A stretch of 41,068 bases of DNA from Candidatus Woesearchaeota archaeon (GTDB lineage Archaea > Nanobdellota > Nanobdellia > Pacearchaeales > GW2011-AR1), in assembly GCA_964615065.1 (NCBI GenBank), contig CAZTPM010000001.1:1-41068 (forward strand), written 5' to 3'. The notes beneath the pieces were generated by a model. That model was not told the origin of the DNA. It saw only the letters and a list, made by a program, of their open reading frames with translations, and did no database searches. Below are positions 16,726 through 25,239 of the stretch, one piece after another (within the stretch, counting starts at the first letter, position 1; each line of letters starts with the position of its first letter). The translations under genes were made by a program, and so were the position numbers.

Positions 16726-18894
16726 ATGCAACCAAATAGAAAGCTAAATGTAGATGAGATTCTTAGAAAACATAGTGCGCGAATCAAGAGTCAGATGAAA
16801 AGCCCTGAAATTAGTTCAGGTGATTATAGTGAATCCTATAGGAAGTTCAAGGCAGAAATGGCACCTGAGTTTTCAGGATATGAAAGATGGTGTAAAAGTT
16901 TAGGAAATGTTATTAAGTTAAAGGCCTCTGCAAAAGATGAAGCAAGAGTTAAACGGGCAATAGAAATTGCTCATCTTGAAATTGAGCCATGGCAAGCTTT
17001 GACTTTGAGCATAATGTGTTTTGTTGTTGTTTTTTTAATTGGTTTGTTTTTTTCTGTTGCAATAACTTTGATTAAAGGAGGTTTGGAGTTTTTCCCTGTT
17101 TTGTTTTTCTTTTTAATGATTGTTTTGTCTTTATTTTTATTTTATTTTGTTAATGGATATCCAGAACGTCTTGCAAATAAGTGGAGATTAAAAGCTTCGT
17201 CGCAAATGGTTCCTGCAATTTTGTATATTGTTGTTTACATGAGGCATACACCGAATTTAGAAAAAGCAATTTCTTTTGCTTCCCAGCATTTGCAATATCC
17301 TCTTTCGCTTGATTTTAAAAAAGTTTTTTATAATGTTCAGGTTGGGAAATTTTCAACAATAAAAGAAAGCTTGGATAATTATTTAGAAACCTGGAGAGAT
17401 TATTCTGTTGAATTTATAGAGGCCTTTCATTTGATTGAAGCAAGTTTATTTGAGCCAAGCAATTCCAGAAGAATTGATACTCTTGAAAAATCTTTGCAAG
17501 TTGTTCTTGATGGTGTTTATGACAAGATGTTAAAATTCACGCACAATGTCAGAAGCCCTTTAACAAATGTTTATATGCTTGGTGTTGTTTTGCCTACACT
17601 TGGTTTGGCTTTGTTGCCCCTTGCTTCTGCAATGGTTGGGGATTTTATCAAGCCACTTCATGTTTTTCTTTTGTTTAATTTAATTATTCCTTTTTTTGTT
17701 TTTTATTTAACAAACAAAGTTATGTTGTTAAGACCTGGTGGTTATGGTGAATCTAGTTTGCTTGAGAGAAATCCTCTTTATGCAGAATATACAAATAAGA
17801 AACCTTATCACAAAGCATTTTTAATTTGTTTGCCTTTTTTTATTTTAGGTCTTTTGCCTTTGGTTTTTGGCTACACCCCTATTCCGCAAATGCTTGGCTT
17901 GCCAATGGATTTTACTTTTTCTGAAATTGGTTTAAGTGTTTTTGGAAAAGAATATTTTTTTGGTTTTATGGAAACAGGGGCAGGAATTACTGGTCCTTTT
18001 GGGACAGGTGCTTTAATTCTTAGTTTGTTTTTTCCTTTGGGTTTGGCTTTGTTTTTTTCAATGTCTTTTAAGGAAAGAACAAAAAATTTAATTGTTGGAC
18101 GAAAAAAAACAAAACAACTTGAAAAAGAATTTAATACTTCTTTATTTCAGCTTGGGAATAGAATTGGAAATGGAACCCCCCCTGAACTTTCATTTGGAAA
18201 AGTTGCAGAATCTTCAAAAGGTTTAATGACAGAAGATTTTTTTAGACGAGTTAATTATAATATTCAGCAAATGGGAATGAGTGTTGATAAAGCGATTTTT
18301 GACAGAGGACGTGGTGCAATAATTTATTATCCTTCTGATTTAATTTCAACGAGTATGAGGGTGCTTATTGAATCTGCAAAAAAAGGTTTGAAAATCGCAG
18401 CAACAAGTTTGATGAGTATCTCAGAATATGTTAAGAATATTTCTAAGATTACAGATAGGTTAAGAGACATGCTTGCTGAAATTGTTTCAGATATGAAAAG
18501 CAATATGACTTTTTTAGCACCTTTGCTTTCTGGTGTTGTTGTTGGTTTAGCTTCAATGATTGCTGCGATTTTGAATAAATTAAAATTGGCAAGTTTGGGC
18601 GGAGAGGCAGCAAGTTTAGGAAATTTAGATGGAATTATGAATTTGTTTGATGTTACTAAAATGATTCCACCTTATTTCTTGCAAATTTTTATTGGAATTT
18701 ATATTATTCAAATTATTTTTATTTTAACAGGAACCTTAGTTTCAATTGATTCTGGTGAGGACAAACTTGAAAAAACTTATAAGATTTCTTTGAATTTGAA
18801 AAAAGGAATTTTGCTTTATTTTGTAACAGCATTAGTTTCAACTCTTGCTTTATTTGCTTTAACTTCGATTGTGTTGGGGGGATTGATAAATTAG
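16726..18894 (+). CDS. Large polytopic membrane protein; candidate pilus/archaellum assembly platform (FlaJ/PilC/TadC-like)
   Basis: Two clusters of multiple TM helices separated by soluble helical regions. Sits in a pilus gene context with the ATPase, pilins and peptidase. I see no sharp motif. Confidence 0.4.
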   Translation: MQPNRKLNVDEILRKHSARIKSQMKSPEISSGDYSESYRKFKAEMAPEFSGYERWCKSLGNVIKLKASAKDEARVKRAIEIAHLEIEPWQALTLSIMCFVVVFLIGLFFSVAITLIKGGLEFFPVLFFFLMIVLSLFLFYFVNGYPERLANKWRLKASSQMVPAILYIVVYMRHTPNLEKAISFASQHLQYPLSLDFKKVFYNVQVGKFSTIKESLDNYLETWRDYSVEFIEAFHLIEASLFEPSNSRRIDTLEKSLQVVLDGVYDKMLKFTHNVRSPLTNVYMLGVVLPTLGLALLPLASAMVGDFIKPLHVFLLFNLIIPFFVFYLTNKVMLLRPGGYGESSLLERNPLYAEYTNKKPYHKAFLICLPFFILGLLPLVFGYTPIPQMLGLPMDFTFSEIGLSVFGKEYFFGFMETGAGITGPFGTGALILSLFFPLGLALFFSMSFKERTKNLIVGRKKTKQLEKEFNTSLFQLGNRIGNGTPPELSFGKVAESSKGLMTEDFFRRVNYNIQQMGMSVDKAIFDRGRGAIIYYPSDLISTSMRVLIESAKKGLKIAATSLMSISEYVKNISKITDRLRDMLAEIVSDMKSNMTFLAPLLSGVVVGLASMIAAILNKLKLASLGGEAASLGNLDGIMNLFDVTKMIPPYFLQIFIGIYIIQIIFILTGTLVSIDSGEDKLEKTYKISLNLKKGILLYFVTALVSTLALFALTSIVLGGLIN

Positions 18895-18941
18895 AGAATG
18901 AAAAAGGAAGGTAGATGAAGAGAGAAGGGGGATTATATTGA

Positions 18942-20345
18942 TTACCTCATTCTTCTTTCAGATTCTTCTTTTATTATTGCATTTAGTTCGCTATGATCTG
19001 AAATTCTGTCTCCAGTTACTACATTTATTTCATATTTTGTATAAAACCCTGGACGTGCTACAACCATTTCTCCATGTTCAAATGTTATTTGTTCTTTATT
19101 CCATTCTTGGTAATATATATTGGTGTTTGATAACCATTTTGGAGTATGAAGCAAATGAGTTCGAGGAATATTTATTAATTTTTTTAAACCAGTTTTATCT
19201 ATATTAATTACATATATTGCTGCTTCATTATTTCTATTTGATGTGAATGCTACTTTCTTTTTATCTGGGGATAAAGAGGGGACCCGATCCTGTGCTGGAT
19301 GTTGAATTAAAGGAATTTCCTTTCCCCCCTTTTTAATAAATATATTGATATTTCCTTCTGTTACCTTCTGATATACTTCAAAATTTTCAATAGTTTTTTT
19401 ACTGATTTCTTTTTCTTGTTTTGGTGAGTCAATTTTATTTTTCTTTAATTCAAATTTAATTAAGACATCTTCTAATTCTCCATACCTATTTGGAAAAGAA
19501 CCAGAAGGAGCATAACCTGGCTCACCCAGGACAATTTTTTCCCAAAGAAAAATTGGAACATCTTTGTTTAGATTTTGTGTATCAAAAGTGATTTTATATT
19601 CCATTGCTGTTTTTGTTGAACCAATAATCTTGTTTGGAATGTACGAGGGAATTATTGTAGCAGCATATCCTTGTTTTATTTTTGTGAATAATTCTTCATA
19701 ATATGTTTTTTCTTTTTCTGTAGCATTTTTAATAAAGTCAGTAAAAAGTTTTTTAAAATAAGGGATTGGGATTGTGCTGACTGCCCAATCAACTATTTTT
19801 TCTCCTCCCTCTATCATTTGCTGGGCTTCTTTATGTTCTTCGTAAGGTTTTAAGTTGGTATCCCAACCGTGTTGTGGCACAAGGTATGCTTGTTCATCGA
19901 TATTTGTGATTTTAACTTTTTTAGGATGCAGGATAAATGTTTTTGTTCTTTCATTTAATTTTGTAAATCTTTTTTGGGCGACTGCTTCTTTTTTCCATCT
20001 TTGATTGTTCCAGTTTTGAGTATAGTTCCCAAGATAAAGTGTATTATTTTTTTCGTCTAATTCTGCATTTATTTTCACTTCTTCAAAGATTTTGTTTCCA
20101 AATTGATCTGTTAAGGGAGTTTCATAAAGTTTATTAATTAAGCGTTTTGAAGAAGCCGAATTTTGAAATTTTTTTTCGCCGATTATGTTTCCTTTTTTAA
20201 GCATATTATATGTTCCTTCCCCTATTTTTAATATCCCTTCAGCTAAATTTTTTTTAGAATTCACGGCTTCTTTAATTGAGGGACCAACCACCAGACCTAT
20301 TACAAATGTTGTTGCTGCCAATAAAGTTAGTAATGTTCTTTTCAT
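18942..20345 (-). CDS. Secreted/anchored protein with C-terminal TolB/PD40-like beta-propeller repeat
   Basis: Signal anchor MKRTLLTLLAATTFVIGLVVG. The C-terminal SLSPDKKKVAFTSNRNNEAAIYVINIDKTGLKKL resembles a PD40/TolB repeat. Confidence 0.45.
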   Translation of the reverse strand: MKRTLLTLLAATTFVIGLVVGPSIKEAVNSKKNLAEGILKIGEGTYNMLKKGNIIGEKKFQNSASSKRLINKLYETPLTDQFGNKIFEEVKINAELDEKNNTLYLGNYTQNWNNQRWKKEAVAQKRFTKLNERTKTFILHPKKVKITNIDEQAYLVPQHGWDTNLKPYEEHKEAQQMIEGGEKIVDWAVSTIPIPYFKKLFTDFIKNATEKEKTYYEELFTKIKQGYAATIIPSYIPNKIIGSTKTAMEYKITFDTQNLNKDVPIFLWEKIVLGEPGYAPSGSFPNRYGELEDVLIKFELKKNKIDSPKQEKEISKKTIENFEVYQKVTEGNINIFIKKGGKEIPLIQHPAQDRVPSLSPDKKKVAFTSNRNNEAAIYVINIDKTGLKKLINIPRTHLLHTPKWLSNTNIYYQEWNKEQITFEHGEMVVARPGFYTKYEINVVTGDRISDHSELNAIIKEESERRMR

Positions 20346-21091
20346 TTTGCAAAACTATTCTGTATTTTATATAATTCCTTTATTTGATCCAAGCTATAAC
20401 CTTCTAGTTTTTTTTCAGGCGCTTCCCATACGCCTTCTTTTTTGTATTTTTCAACTGTTTGTTTTAATACTTCAAAATATTGTTCTTGATTAAATTTTTG
20501 AAGAGGATTTGAAATTAATTTTGCATTATGTCTTTTTTGGTAATTTAATAAAAATTCCAAGTAAGGGATATAAGATAAAGGAGTTAATTTTTCATAATCT
20601 TCCTTATTCATGAGGAAACCAACAATATTTTTTTCATTTATAATAAAACAATGCATGCAAGGTGCATAGTAAGTTTCTTCTTGATTTTTGACTATTCTGT
20701 TTTCTAAATCTTTTTTTGTGTTAAATTGCATAGCTCCTTGAAATAATAAGGCCCTCTCTTCTTCAGCTCTTTTTGAGGGATTATACAAATAGTTTTTTTG
20801 TTCAATTCTTTTGATTATTCCCTCTTTGGTTAATTCTTCCTCATTCAATGAATAATGTGTAATTTCTTTTATCCCTATTTCTAAGTTTTTTATTTCTCCA
20901 TCTTTCAAGAGATAATCTTCAAGCTTTTCAGCAGGTTTTGTTTCTTCTTTTTTAGTGGTTGGATTACTTTCATTAACTATATTTTTAATGAAATCAATTT
21001 GGGGATAAGCAGATTTTTGAGCATGAACTATTTTTGGTGTTCCAATTATTAATGATAGACCGATTCCTAATAAATATAATAATTTTTTCAT
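20342..21091 (-). CDS. Secreted hypothetical protein
   Basis: Signal peptide MKKLLYLLGIGLSLIIGTPKIVHA. 4-nt overlap with the downstream gene on the minus strand. Confidence 0.4.
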   Translation of the reverse strand: MKKLLYLLGIGLSLIIGTPKIVHAQKSAYPQIDFIKNIVNESNPTTKKEETKPAEKLEDYLLKDGEIKNLEIGIKEITHYSLNEEELTKEGIIKRIEQKNYLYNPSKRAEEERALLFQGAMQFNTKKDLENRIVKNQEETYYAPCMHCFIINEKNIVGFLMNKEDYEKLTPLSYIPYLEFLLNYQKRHNAKLISNPLQKFNQEQYFEVLKQTVEKYKKEGVWEAPEKKLEGYSLDQIKELYKIQNSFAK

Positions 21092-21136
21092 AAGAAAAGA
21101 TATTTTTTATTGATTATAAATCTTTTTGTTCTTAAA

Positions 21137-21167
21137 TAAGGGGTTCTTCCCCTGGGGATTGCTTTAG
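21137..21167 (+). promoter_or_regulatory. Bipartite upstream motif TAAGGGG-N15-TTGCTTTAG (copy E) upstream of the pilin-like operon
   Basis: Same architecture as 24604-24630, 29164-29190 and 31461-31486. A TATA-like ATTTATTA follows, about 23-30 nt before ATG 21202. Confidence 0.35.
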
Positions 21168-21201
21168 TTAAATTTATTAATTCTTTTTTTCTTTTAATCA
21201 T

Positions 21202-21351
21202 ATGAAAAATAAAGCAGTGATTTCAGAATATCTTCCATGGTTGGTGATAGGTATTGCAGTTCTTGCAATCCTTATGATTACAATTTTTTTGCTTAAAGAA
21301 AAAGGAGTTTTATTAATAGATTCAATTAAAAATTTGTTTGGAGGAAGATAA
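21202..21351 (+). CDS. Small (49 aa) single-TM pilin-like/unknown protein (not in track)
   Basis: Hand translation MKNKAVISEYLPWLVIGIAVLAILMITIFLLKEKGVLLIDSIKNLFGGR. Its stop overlaps the next ATG. Confidence 0.35.
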   Translation: MKNKAVISEYLPWLVIGIAVLAILMITIFLLKEKGVLLIDSIKNLFGGR

Positions 21352-21521
21352 TGTCTGAGTTAACAATAGGACAACTCATAAAAATAATAATCGGGTTAAT
21401 TGTTTTTGTCGCAGTTGTAATTGGACTTTATACCTTTTTTAAAGATTCTGTTTTTGATTTTTTTAATAATATTGTTGGAAATGAAACAGGAAAAATAATT
21501 TTAGGTATTTTAAATGGATAA
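21351..21521 (+). CDS. Small (56 aa) pilin-like protein (not in track)
   Basis: MSELTIGQLIKIIIGLIVFVAVVIGLYTFF: short polar leader followed by a hydrophobic helix. Overlaps the next gene by 8 nt. Confidence 0.35.
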   Translation: MSELTIGQLIKIIIGLIVFVAVVIGLYTFFKDSVFDFFNNIVGNETGKIILGILNG

Positions 21522-21990
21522 AAAAGGTTTTTTATTAGGTGAGGAAACATTGAAAATAATTATAGCTCTAATTTGTTTAGGACTTCTTGTTTATTTTTTA
21601 GGTGCTCTTTATATGTCTAATTTAAATTCTCAAAAATTAGTTCAAGCAGAAGAAACTCTTTCTAGGATTTCTGATATTGTGAAAAATAATCAAGCGAATT
21701 TAGAATCTGTAGAAATGTTAAATCCTGCTGGTTGGTATTTATTTAGTTTTGTAAATGTGCTTTCACCAAATTCTTGCGCAGGAAAAAATTGTTTGTGTAT
21801 TTGTGATAATGTTAATGTTGATACTTTGTTTGGATTAATTGAAAGTAGGCAGTTGCAAGAGTGCGGTAAAAATGGAGTTTGTTTAATTGTTGAAAATTTA
21901 AATTCCTTTGAAAAAATTAAAATTGAAAAATCAGGTGCAACAAGTATTGAAATAGATAAAACAGGTGGAGTTAGAATAAGATTAAAATGA
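21514..21990 (+). CDS. Type IV pilin-like protein (class III signal peptide)
   Basis: MDKKG|FLLGEETLKIIIALICLGLLVYF has Gly at -1, Phe at +1 and Glu at +5. Cys-containing globular domain. Confidence 0.55.
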   Translation: MDKKGFLLGEETLKIIIALICLGLLVYFLGALYMSNLNSQKLVQAEETLSRISDIVKNNQANLESVEMLNPAGWYLFSFVNVLSPNSCAGKNCLCICDNVNVDTLFGLIESRQLQECGKNGVCLIVENLNSFEKIKIEKSGATSIEIDKTGGVRIRLK

Positions 21991-22088
21991 GTTTAGAAAA
22001 TTTAGTAAAATATTTAATGTGGGTTGTATTTTTTATAATTGTTTTAAGTGCATTATATTTTATGTTAAAAAAAGCAGGTGCTTTATGA
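21987..22088 (+). CDS. Very small (33 aa) single-TM ORF, translationally coupled on both sides (not in track)
   Basis: MSLENLVKYLMWVVFFIIVLSALYFMLKKAGAL. ATGA overlaps at both ends. Confidence 0.25.
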   Translation: MSLENLVKYLMWVVFFIIVLSALYFMLKKAGAL

Positions 22089-23008
22089 AAAATAAAAAAG
22101 CAGAATTAACAACACAGCAATTGGTTACTATGGTTATTCTAATTGTAAGTTTTGTTGTGATTTTGTTTTTGTTGTTTAGATTAAATTTGGGAAAAGAAAC
22201 AGAAAAAGAACTTTGCTATAATTCAGTTGTTTTAAGAGCAGGTTCTGTTCTCCCTAAAGATTCAATTCCTTTGGATTGTCATAGAAGTTACATTTGTATT
22301 ACAAAAGATGGTTCATGCGAAACAATGACAAAACCAGAAGTCAAAAAAGTCAAAACAGATGTAGAAGTTTACCAAGTTTTAGCAGATGAAATGGCTGAAT
22401 GTTGGTGGATGTTTGGTGAAGGAAAAGTGGATTATGTTGGGAAAGATTTTTTTTACAAAGATAATTATTGCTCAATTTGTTCACAAATTGTTTTTGATGA
22501 TAGTTTGAGAGATATAAGTTCTTTTTCTTCTGGAACTTTAGATAAAAATAAATTTTATAGTTATTTGGCAAATGAAAATTATACAGTAGGAAAAACATAT
22601 TCTGAATATTTATTTAAAACAAATAATTTAGATTTGTTAAAACAAGAACTTTCTAAAAATCAGAGTACAGAAGTTACATTTGGAACAATTGATTTTTCAA
22701 ATCAATATTTTGTTGTTACTGGAATTACAAGTGAGGTTGCTGGAAAAGGATGGAAATATGTTGCAGGGGGTGTTGTAACTGTTGCTGGGATTTTCATTCC
22801 AGGTGTTGGTTGGACTTGGGCTGGAGCAATTGTGGGTGCAATTATAATTAGTGCTGGGGAATATGGAGCACTGCAAAATCCTGAAATTATAGCAATACCT
22901 GTGGAAGGTCAAGGAATTAATAATCAATTCATGGCACCAACAATTGTTGAAGCAAATTCTGAAAAATTTAAAGCATTGAATTGTCAAGAGATTCTTACAA
23001 AGGCATAG
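22085..23008 (+). CDS. Pilin-like/pilus-associated protein with N-terminal hydrophobic helix and C-terminal Gly-rich hydrophobic segment
   Basis: ATG 22085 (MKNKKAELTTQQLVTMVILIVSFVVILFLLF) is preferred over the track GTG at 22019. Confidence 0.45.
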   Translation: MKNKKAELTTQQLVTMVILIVSFVVILFLLFRLNLGKETEKELCYNSVVLRAGSVLPKDSIPLDCHRSYICITKDGSCETMTKPEVKKVKTDVEVYQVLADEMAECWWMFGEGKVDYVGKDFFYKDNYCSICSQIVFDDSLRDISSFSSGTLDKNKFYSYLANENYTVGKTYSEYLFKTNNLDLLKQELSKNQSTEVTFGTIDFSNQYFVVTGITSEVAGKGWKYVAGGVVTVAGIFIPGVGWTWAGAIVGAIIISAGEYGALQNPEIIAIPVEGQGINNQFMAPTIVEANSEKFKALNCQEILTKA

Positions 23009-23042
23009 TTAATTTTATTAACATCTTTTGTTTTTGTATTTC

Positions 23043-23435
23043 ATGAAAAAAAGAGGAACAATTTTAGTTGAAAATATTATTTTTATTATTTTGAATTTGC
23101 TTTTTTTGAGCATTCTTGTTTTGTTTTTAGTGAAGCAGGGAAGTGGGGCTGTTTTATTAGAGCAATCATATGCCAAACAAATTGCTTTGTTGATTGATTC
23201 GGGAGAGCCTGGGATGACTTTGAAAATAAATATGGAGAAGGCAAAAAAACTTTCTGAAAAAAATGGAATTAATTTTGAAGAAGTTGTAAAAATAGATGAA
23301 AATCTTGTAACAATTAAACTTAGTGAGGGAAGTGGTTATTCATACTCTTTTTTTAATGATGTTGAGGTCGCTCCTCCTTATACAGATGGAGAATTTTATA
23401 TTTTAAATATAGATAAAAAATGGCAGATAAAATAA
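23043..23435 (+). CDS. Type IV pilin-like protein
   Basis: MKKRG|TILVENIIFIILNLLFLSILVLFLV has Gly at -1 and Glu at +5. ATG 23043 is preferred over 23028. Confidence 0.5.
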   Translation: MKKRGTILVENIIFIILNLLFLSILVLFLVKQGSGAVLLEQSYAKQIALLIDSGEPGMTLKINMEKAKKLSEKNGINFEEVVKIDENLVTIKLSEGSGYSYSFFNDVEVAPPYTDGEFYILNIDKKWQIK

Positions 23436-23914
23436 TTTCAGTTTATTGGTTTGCAATTTTAATAATTGTAGCTGGTGGGATAATTGCGATGGTGAATATA
23501 TTTTATAATTCTCCTTACGATGTTCGGGAAATTGAAGCAGAAATTTTAACAAATAAGGTCGGAGATTGTTTTTCTGATTTGGGTTATTTAGAATCAGGAA
23601 TTTTTGATGGACAAGGTTTTTTAATAAATGAAAATAATTTTTTAGAAAAATGCAAATTGAATTTTAATACTCCTGAAGGAGATTTGCAATATTATGTTCA
23701 AGTAAATCTTTTTCAAGCAGGAGATTTAGAAAATTCTTTTTTTGAGGTTTTACAAGGAAATAAAAATCTTAAAGCAGATTGTTTTATTTCAGGAGAATAT
23801 GAAAAATTATCAAAATGTGTTGAAAAAGGATTTTTTACATTAGACAAATCTGGAAATCTTTATTTAATTAAAATTTTGTCTGTTATAGATAAATCTGAAA
23901 AAAATGTCAAGTAA
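23420..23914 (+). CDS. Pilin-like/pilus-associated protein
   Basis: N-terminal hydrophobic helix VYWFAILIIVAGGIIAMV. Overlaps both neighbouring genes. Confidence 0.4.
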   Translation: MADKIISVYWFAILIIVAGGIIAMVNIFYNSPYDVREIEAEILTNKVGDCFSDLGYLESGIFDGQGFLINENNFLEKCKLNFNTPEGDLQYYVQVNLFQAGDLENSFFEVLQGNKNLKADCFISGEYEKLSKCVEKGFFTLDKSGNLYLIKILSVIDKSEKNVK

Positions 23915-24161
23915 GAAAGCTCAAATTTCTGAAACAATGGTTTGGGTGGTTGCAACCTTGATAATTATTGTTGTTTTAATTGTATTTATTTTTATTTCTT
24001 CTTCATTTGCAAAAGCAAAAAATTTGACAATTAGAGATCTTAAATTAAGTTCAGAAGGAGAAGATGTTGATTTACTTGAAACAAAAACAGAAATTGCATA
24101 TGGTTTGGTTTCAGAAGAAAATAAAAAAATAATTGAAAATTGGAGAAAAGAAAATGAATAA
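23904..24161 (+). CDS. Small pilin-like protein
   Basis: MSSKKAQISETMVWVVATLIIIVVLIVFIFI. Confidence 0.4.
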   Translation: MSSKKAQISETMVWVVATLIIIVVLIVFIFISSSFAKAKNLTIRDLKLSSEGEDVDLLETKTEIAYGLVSEENKKIIENWRKENE

Positions 24162-24417
24162 AAAAGGAGATATTCCTGTTACTGTTTTGGGTTTAGGAGT
24201 TGTAATTATTTGTGGTTTAGCTCTTCTTAGTTTTTTTACTTCAAGCATTCAAACTAGGAATTTTTTTGTTGGGATAAATTTGGTTGAAAAAGCATCTGCT
24301 CAAATTGAAGAAAATTCTTTTAATGGAAATGAAGTTGAAATTAATTTGCAAAAAACAGAATCAAGTTGGTTTAGTAAAAAAGAAACTTTAATTTTTTCTG
24401 TAAATTATAAACCCTGA
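24154..24417 (+). CDS. Small pilin-like protein
   Basis: MNKKGDIPVTVLGLGVVIICGLALLSFF. ATG 24154 is preferred over 24133. Confidence 0.4.
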   Translation: MNKKGDIPVTVLGLGVVIICGLALLSFFTSSIQTRNFFVGINLVEKASAQIEENSFNGNEVEINLQKTESSWFSKKETLIFSVNYKP

Positions 24418-24427
24418 TTTAACAGAT

Positions 24428-24632
24428 TTGTTTGGTTTAATTTTAAAATTAAAAATTAGTTCATAAACAAGTTGCTCAATGCATTGGCTCCAAAATTAAC
24501 TCTGTTAGATTTTTTTGCTTAATATTTTTAATACAAAAAATCTGACAAGTCAGTTTTAAATTTTTAATCGTGAACAAAGCGAACCAAATTTGCATGTAAA
24601 AATTAAGGGGACATACGTCAGTTGCTTTCACA
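24428..24632 (+). repeat. Intergenic repeat element, copy A (about 205 nt); paralogue at 28948-29192
   Basis: Shared blocks TTGTTTGG, ATTTTAAAA, AAAATTAGTTC, TTGCTCAA. A near-identical core AAT(C/T)GTGAACAAAG(C/T)GAACCAAATTT..GTAAAA..TAAGGGG..GCTTTCA at 24566-24632. Confidence 0.6.
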
Positions 24633-24681
24633 ATCCTTGATTTAACATAAACTTTATAAACAAAATAATCTTAAATTAAAT

Positions 24682-25023
24682 ATGAATAAAGCAGGTCAAG
24701 GATTAAGCACTAGTGCAATAATTTTAATTATTTTAGGTGTTATTATCCTTGTTATTTTGGTTCTTGGATTTTCAATGGGTTGGAAACAAATCGCTCCTTG
24801 GGTAGAAAAAGGAAAAGATAATGTTCAAACAATTGTAACTTCATGTGGAATTGCATGTTCAGAGGGATCAATTTATGATTATTGCACAAAAGAAAGAGAG
24901 TTAAAAGCAGATAAGCTTCCTGGTGGTGAAAAGAGCGTGAAAAAAACATGTTATGGATTTGCAACTGAAACAGGTTATGAATCTTATGGAATAGCAGAAT
25001 GTTCTACAATTGATTGTTCGTAA
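24682..25023 (+). CDS. Pilin (candidate major pilin) with class III signal peptide and Cys-rich globular domain
   Basis: MNKAGQGLSTSAIILIILGVIILVILVLGF. Stand-alone gene with its own TATA-like TTTATAAA about 25 nt upstream. Six Cys in the C-terminal domain. Confidence 0.55.
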   Translation: MNKAGQGLSTSAIILIILGVIILVILVLGFSMGWKQIAPWVEKGKDNVQTIVTSCGIACSEGSIYDYCTKERELKADKLPGGEKSVKKTCYGFATETGYESYGIAECSTIDCS

Positions 25024-25107
25024 TTTTGTTTTTTAGTAAAAAGATTTAATTAAATGTTATTAACTGGTTTTGGTTAGATATATAAATTCTTTTTTCTATT
25101 TGGAATT

Positions 25108-25212
25108 ATGGCAAGAGGAAATCTTGAAACAAGAAATAAACGAAAAGATAAAAAAAAGGAAAAAAAGAAACATCCTTATAAAATAGGTGGAAAAAGGAGA
25201 ACTCAAAAATAA
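25108..25212 (+). CDS. Very basic 34-aa ORF (not in track); coding status uncertain
   Basis: Hand translation MARGNLETRNKRKDKKKEKKKHPYKIGGKRRTQK. Confidence 0.2.
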   Translation: MARGNLETRNKRKDKKKEKKKHPYKIGGKRRTQK

Positions 25213-25239
25213 TTTAAATTGTTTTTGATTTTATTTTAA

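Noticed and set aside
18938-20493. Plus-strand ORFs 18938..19207 and 20185..20493
   Set aside because: Antisense to the signal-peptide-bearing minus-strand genes 18942..20345 and 20342..21091, with low-complexity Leu/Phe translations.
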